From Patescibacteria group bacterium (GTDB lineage: Bacteria > Patescibacteriota > Minisyncoccia > Phycocordibacterales > UBA12445): DNA of 60,574 nt. Below the pieces are notes generated by a model that searched no databases, was not told the origin of the DNA, and saw only the letters and a list, made by a program, of their open reading frames with translations. Below, piece after piece: positions 55,515 through 60,574 of the stretch. The DNA is taken from NCBI GenBank assembly GCA_003504275.1, contig DOAO01000006.1, forward strand, positions 1,496 through 62,069, read 5' to 3'. Positions within the stretch are counted from its first letter, which is position 1. Each line of letters opens with the position of its first letter. A program made the translations under genes and the position numbers.

Positions 55515-56096
55515 TTATTTGGCAATTTCTTCGATGTTTCCATGAAGGTTTGTGGCGTCTCCTTCTATACCATTTACATTTCCAAATATGTTACTGACGT
55601 TTCCTTTTAGATTTGTTGCATTTCCAAATATGTTACCGACGTTTCCAGATATGTTTGTTATATTTCCCGACAATTTACTAACGTCTCCTGATATATCTGA
55701 TACGTCTCCGATTATTCTACTTACGTCTCCAGATAGCTTACTTACATCTCCACGAATATTTGTAACATTACCCCTTATGTTATTAATGTTGCCTATTATA
55801 CCGCTCACATCTCCTCTAATATTAGTAACTTCTCCTGACAGATTCGATACATCCCCTATAATACTAGTAACATCTCCAGAGATATTGCTAACGTCTCCTT
55901 GTACTCCACCCACATCACCTTTTATATTTGATACATCTCCTTTTATTTTGTGTATACGAAGATCTCCGTAAATATTTTTTACATTTCCCTTTATTTCGCT
56001 GAAATCCCCCCATATGTTGTTATGCAGATCGGTTACACTATCTGTTCCGGTTTGCTCCCTGTTTACAATTCTTTTTAGCATAATATTTATATTCAA
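55515..56096 (-). CDS. Heptad-repeat (G[DN]V[ST]N[IL]x) beta-solenoid-like protein
   Basis: About 23 consecutive 7-aa repeats, one of them 9 aa. Confidence 0.75.
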   Translation of the reverse strand: MNINIMLKRIVNREQTGTDSVTDLHNNIWGDFSEIKGNVKNIYGDLRIHKIKGDVSNIKGDVGGVQGDVSNISGDVTSIIGDVSNLSGEVTNIRGDVSGIIGNINNIRGNVTNIRGDVSKLSGDVSRIIGDVSDISGDVSKLSGNITNISGNVGNIFGNATNLKGNVSNIFGNVNGIEGDATNLHGNIEEIAK

Positions 56097-56226
56097 CTAA
56101 TTATTAAAAATTATGTTTATAAATATATCACAATGCCAAAAACCATTCAAAGTGGGGATTATAAGATGGAAACTATCTAGTGATGGGGATATAATATATA
56201 GGTATAACTTTATAAAATTAAAAATT

Positions 56227-57765
56227 ATGAATAAAAAAATAATTTACGCTGTTTTGGTCGCTATAACAATGTTTCTTTTGGTTTATTTTTATTTTTTTGG
56301 ACAAGGAAATGATGTTTATGAGTACGTGGTTGTTGATGTTAGAGATATCGTTCAAGAGGTTAGTGTAACGGGTAAGGTTAAACCTATTTCTAGTGCCTCC
56401 CTCGCGTTTGATAGGGTGGGTAGAATATCTAAGTTTAATGTCGAAGTTGGAAGTCGTGTGTCAGTAGGAGAAACCCTTGCTTCTCTGGATAGCGCCGAAC
56501 TTGTCGCAAGTCTTCTGCAGTCAGAGGCGAATGTGAGGGTGCAGGAAGCAAAATTAGATGAATTGAAAAGAGGAACCCGGGTTGAGGATATTCAAGTTAG
56601 CCAAGCACAGGTGGATAGTGCAACGGTCGCACTTGCAGATGCAAAAAGGGGGCTTATTGAAAAAATAAACGATGCTTATACAAAATCTGATGATGCGATA
56701 AGAAGCAGAATAGACAGAATGTTTAGCAACCCCAAAAGCTCACATCCGGAGTTGATTTTTGTTGCTAGTGATACTTCTTTATCAGATCAAATTGAGTTCG
56801 AAAGATTTATCATAGAGGGTCTTTTGAACGACTGGGGAAAATCTCTGATCTCCCTCTCCGTTTCCAGTGATCTTGATAAATATGTTTTGGGGGTCAGTGA
56901 AAATCTTGAAAAGATTAAATATTTTCTGGATAAAGTTTCCACGGCAGTTAGTGGTTTGGTTGCTAATTCATCTTTGACCCAAACAACACTAGATACTTAT
57001 AAGACAGAGACAGCAACAGCCAGAACTAATATTAATTCTTCTATTTCAGCTGTTAATACTGCAAATGAAAAATTAAGAACTGAAAGATCTGATTTAAATA
57101 TAGCAGAGCAACAGTTGACTCTTAAAAAATCGGGAACCCCTGAAGAGCAGTTAAGAGCACAGGAAGCTGTTCTCGAAGAAGCACGTGCCAATGTAAGCAA
57201 TATAAGGGCACAGCTTGGTAAAACGGTTTTAAAATCTCCTATTGCGGGAATTGTTACTAAAAAGGATTTTGAGGTTGGGGAAATTGTTTCCGCGAATACC
57301 CCGGTGCTTTATATAATCTCTGATAATAAGTTTGAGATAGAGGCCAATGTTTCTGAGGCTGATATTGCGAAGGTTAATATTGGAGATAGTGCTAGAGTTA
57401 CGCTCGATGCTTATGGATCGGATATCATTTTTCCCTCTATCGTTACAAAAATAGATCCAGCTGAAACGATGATAGAAGGTGTAGCCACCTACAAGACCAC
57501 TTTTAATTTTTTAGATAATGATAATCGTATAAAGTCTGGTATGACAGCAAACATAGACATAATGACAGATAAAAAGGAGGGGGTTTTGGCTGTTCCACAA
57601 AGAGCCGTTAGCTCAAGGAATGGTGATCGTTTTGTGATGTTATATGTTGGAAAAGATGTTCCAGAGGAGAAGAAAATAACAACAGGTCTTAGAGGGTCAG
57701 ATGGTTTTATCGAGGTGCTTTCTGGACTTGTTATTCGTGATAAAATAATTAGTTTAGCCGAGTAA
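56227..57765 (+). CDS. Efflux periplasmic adaptor (MacA/HlyD-like)
   Basis: N-terminal TM, VSVTGKVKP, long coiled coil, LKSPIAG, KSGMTAN, VPQRAV. Confidence 0.9.
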   Translation: MNKKIIYAVLVAITMFLLVYFYFFGQGNDVYEYVVVDVRDIVQEVSVTGKVKPISSASLAFDRVGRISKFNVEVGSRVSVGETLASLDSAELVASLLQSEANVRVQEAKLDELKRGTRVEDIQVSQAQVDSATVALADAKRGLIEKINDAYTKSDDAIRSRIDRMFSNPKSSHPELIFVASDTSLSDQIEFERFIIEGLLNDWGKSLISLSVSSDLDKYVLGVSENLEKIKYFLDKVSTAVSGLVANSSLTQTTLDTYKTETATARTNINSSISAVNTANEKLRTERSDLNIAEQQLTLKKSGTPEEQLRAQEAVLEEARANVSNIRAQLGKTVLKSPIAGIVTKKDFEVGEIVSANTPVLYIISDNKFEIEANVSEADIAKVNIGDSARVTLDAYGSDIIFPSIVTKIDPAETMIEGVATYKTTFNFLDNDNRIKSGMTANIDIMTDKKEGVLAVPQRAVSSRNGDRFVMLYVGKDVPEEKKITTGLRGSDGFIEVLSGLVIRDKIISLAE

Positions 57766-57770
57766 TACAA

Positions 57771-58514
57771 ATGAAAATATTTGATGATAATAATATCCTG
57801 ATCAAGGCAGAAGATCTTGTGAAGATATATAGGGATGACGGTTCAGAGACTACAGCTCTTCAGGGTGTTTCTGTTGATATAAAAAGGGGGGAATTTGTGG
57901 CGATTATGGGACCTTCTGGCTCCGGTAAATCTACGCTTTTACACATTCTTGGTTTTTTGGATAGGCAATCGGGAGGAAAATATTATTTTGACGGAAAATC
58001 AATGGATGAACTTTCTGATGACGAAATCGCCAGAATTAGAAATAAAAAAATGGGATTTATTTTTCAGGCATTCAATCTTTTGCCCAGGACTTCTGTTTTG
58101 GAAAACGTTAAACTTCCCTTATTGTATTCTGGAATAAAAGAATCAGAGTGGGACAGGTTGGCCTTGAAAGCAATAGAAGGTGTCGGTCTTTCACATAGAA
58201 TACATCATGAATCTTCACAACTTTCCGGAGGAGAGAAACAACGTGTCGCTATTGCAAGGGCGCTTGTATTAGAACCACAAGTCATCTTTGCAGATGAGCC
58301 GACAGGAAATCTTGACTCTAAATCTGGGCAGATGGTAATGGAAATAATTCAGCGCTTACATGAGGAGGAAGGTCATACGATTGTCTTGATAACCCACGAA
58401 ACTTATACAGCCGAACATGCAGAGAGAATACTACATTTACTTGATGGTAGATTAGCGACAGATCGCGCTGTAGAAAACAGAAAGAGGGCCAATAATGGCG
58501 ATTTTAAAAAATAA
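57771..58514 (+). CDS. ABC transporter ATP-binding subunit (MacB/LolD type)
   Basis: [38 protein letters not shown]. Confidence 0.95.
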   Translation: MKIFDDNNILIKAEDLVKIYRDDGSETTALQGVSVDIKRGEFVAIMGPSGSGKSTLLHILGFLDRQSGGKYYFDGKSMDELSDDEIARIRNKKMGFIFQAFNLLPRTSVLENVKLPLLYSGIKESEWDRLALKAIEGVGLSHRIHHESSQLSGGEKQRVAIARALVLEPQVIFADEPTGNLDSKSGQMVMEIIQRLHEEEGHTIVLITHETYTAEHAERILHLLDGRLATDRAVENRKRANNGDFKK

Positions 58515-58515
58515 A

Positions 58516-59751
58516 ATGGTTTTTTCTCATTTGGTTAAAACCGCAGCTCATGGGGTTGCTAGAAATAAAAGCCGTTCCTTCTTAACTATTTTGGGTATAG
58601 TGATAGGAATTACATCAATAATGATGGTAATGTCTCTTGGGGAAGGAGCACAAAACCTGATCTTAGGACAGATACAGTCACTGGGTTCTAAAACTATTGC
58701 GATTCTTCCAGGAAGAGAACCAACTGGACCAGCCTCAGCCGCTCAGATGATGAGCGACTCACTAAAATTAAAAGATGTTAATCTTTTGAAAAATAAATCT
58801 AATCTACCTTTTGCTAAGGCAGTTGAGCCTATAATTGTAGGCGGAGGAACAGCTTCTTTGGGCAATGAAACTTATCAAGTAGGTATATTTGGTTCTTCTC
58901 AATTTATTCAGGGGATTTGGGACATGACTTTAGATGAGGGTCGTTTTATTGACGATTATGACGTGTCTAATAATTTATTTTCAGTTGTAATAGGATCTAG
59001 GGTAAAAGAGGAGCTTTTTGGTAATGAAAATGCAATAGGTCAAAAAATAAAATTAAAAGGGATTAGTTTTAAGGTGATCGGAGTTCTTTCAAAAGAGGGC
59101 CAAGGAATAATTAATTTTGACGAGGCAGCTGTTGTTCCATGGACAACAGCACAACAATATGTTTTTGGTATTAAACATTTCCACAGGGTAATAGTAGAGG
59201 TTAATGATGAATCTCATATTAATGCGACAGTAAAAGATATCGAAGAAACCTTAAGAAATTCTCATAACATTTCCGGAGATGATAAAGATGATTTTTATAC
59301 TGTAACTCAAGAAGGCGCCAAAGAACAAGTGGAAACAATTTTGAATATATTTACCTTATTCCTTGCCGCAATCGCAGCAATCTCTCTTGTGGTGGGTGGT
59401 GTAGGTATTATGAATATTATGTTGGTATCTGTTACAGAAAGAACAAGAGAGATAGGTTTGAGAAAAGCACTTGGAGCAACAGGGGAAGATATAATGACGC
59501 AGTTTTTGCTTGAGGCTGTTATGTTAACTGCTCTTGGAGGGATTATCGGAATTATTCTCGGTACGGGCCTATCATTTGTTGCATCTTTTATCTTAAGTAA
59601 CTATGCCGGACTTGAATGGGCTTTTTCTTTTCCAGTTACTGCAGCTCTTATGGGAATAGGGGTATCTGCAGCTGTTGGTTTGGTTTTTGGTCTTTATCCT
59701 GCAAGACAGGCTTCGCTTAAGAGTCCTATTGAGGCGCTTAGGTATGAGTAG
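58516..59751 (+). CDS. ABC transporter permease (MacB type)
   Basis: RSFLTILGIVIG, GGVGIMNIMLVSVTERTREIGLRKALGA, SPIEALRYE. Confidence 0.95.
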   Translation: MVFSHLVKTAAHGVARNKSRSFLTILGIVIGITSIMMVMSLGEGAQNLILGQIQSLGSKTIAILPGREPTGPASAAQMMSDSLKLKDVNLLKNKSNLPFAKAVEPIIVGGGTASLGNETYQVGIFGSSQFIQGIWDMTLDEGRFIDDYDVSNNLFSVVIGSRVKEELFGNENAIGQKIKLKGISFKVIGVLSKEGQGIINFDEAAVVPWTTAQQYVFGIKHFHRVIVEVNDESHINATVKDIEETLRNSHNISGDDKDDFYTVTQEGAKEQVETILNIFTLFLAAIAAISLVVGGVGIMNIMLVSVTERTREIGLRKALGATGEDIMTQFLLEAVMLTALGGIIGIILGTGLSFVASFILSNYAGLEWAFSFPVTAALMGIGVSAAVGLVFGLYPARQASLKSPIEALRYE

Positions 59752-59761
59752 CAATTAATAT

Positions 59762-60574
59762 ATGGTTTTTACACATCTTACAAAAACTGCTTTAAATGGA
59801 ATTCTTAGAAATAAGGTACGTTCCTCCCTTACCATTCTCGGTGTGGTCATAGGGATTACGTCGATAATGATGGTAATGTCTCTTGGGGAAGGAGCACAAA
59901 ATTTAATATTGGGGCAGATACAATCTATGGGTGCAAAAACGATAGTCGTGGAACCTGGTAGAGAGCCAACTGGTCCGGCTTCTTTCGCACAAATGATGGG
60001 GGATTCTTTGACACACAAAGATTTGGATGCCCTCAAGAATAAATTTAATGTTCCTTATGCAGTTAACATTGAACCTCTTAATGTTAGCGGGGGAGTTGCT
60101 TCTTATAGAAATGAAACCTATCAGGCAAGTATCTTTGGATCTTCTGGATTGATTCAAGATATGTACGACATGAAGCTACAAGACGGCCGTTTTATTGATG
60201 ATTATGATATACAGAACAAGTCCTACGTCACCGTTATCGGTTCTAAGGTAAAAGAAGAGCTTTTTGGGAGCGATGAAGCCGTTGGTCAAAAGATAAAATT
60301 AAAAGGTATTAATTTTAAGGTTATTGGGGTTTTGTCTAAAAAAGGACAGGGTTTTATTAATTTTGATGAAGTGATTGTTGTCCCTTGGTCAGTTGCCCAA
60401 CAATATATTTTTGGCATAAAGTATTTTCATCATATTATTATAGAAGCTGATACAGAAAAAAATGTAAATTCTACGGTGCGTGATGTTGTTGCAACTTTGC
60501 GCAACTCACACGACATTACAGATCCCGATAAAGATGATTTTAGGGTTACGACTCAAGAAGGCGCCAAAGAACAA
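59762..60574 (+). CDS. Second MacB-type permease, 3'-truncated (not in the ORF track)
   Basis: MVFTHLTKTALNGILRNKVRSSLTILGVVIGITSIMMVMSLGEGAQNL, open to the window end. Confidence 0.9.
   Translation, partial: MVFTHLTKTALNGILRNKVRSSLTILGVVIGITSIMMVMSLGEGAQNLILGQIQSMGAKTIVVEPGREPTGPASFAQMMGDSLTHKDLDALKNKFNVPYAVNIEPLNVSGGVASYRNETYQASIFGSSGLIQDMYDMKLQDGRFIDDYDIQNKSYVTVIGSKVKEELFGSDEAVGQKIKLKGINFKVIGVLSKKGQGFINFDEVIVVPWSVAQQYIFGIKYFHHIIIEADTEKNVNSTVRDVVATLRNSHDITDPDKDDFRVTTQEGAKEQ

Overview
AT-rich 60.6 kb bacterial window with the hallmarks of a Patescibacteria/CPR (Parcubacteria-like) genome: short ValS, four-domain S1, CPR-type bS21, a VirD4-like ATPase, a solitary Cas2-like gene, and few SD sites on core genes. 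Core genes are murJ, lepA, valS, tsaD, tsaC, ftsAZ, ybeY, rpsU, hisS, lepB, pth, rpmA, rplI, rpsA, uvrB and nrdJ. It also holds a glycosyltransferase cluster, a MacAB-like exporter with two permeases, RNase P RNA, seven tRNAs and one pseudo-tRNA. No integrase, transposase, reverse transcriptase or CRISPR array was seen. The most striking signal is non-coding. Five tRNAs (Ser-GGA, Arg-CCT, Phe, Val, Glu) are each followed by a cassette with one shared architecture: a hairpin, an antisense copy of that tRNA's own T-arm/acceptor end, a conserved two-hairpin core with compensatory changes, GTGACC, then a sense fragment of the same T-arm. Also notable are a polarised family of five AT-rich 110-146 bp elements bounded by TTCRCCC...GGGTAAA, a Cas2-like gene bracketed by an identical 20-bp palindrome, and several short palindromic units inserted into a CDS, the pseudo-tRNA, the cassettes and probably RNase P RNA. 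All product calls come from motif recognition by eye; no database searches were run.
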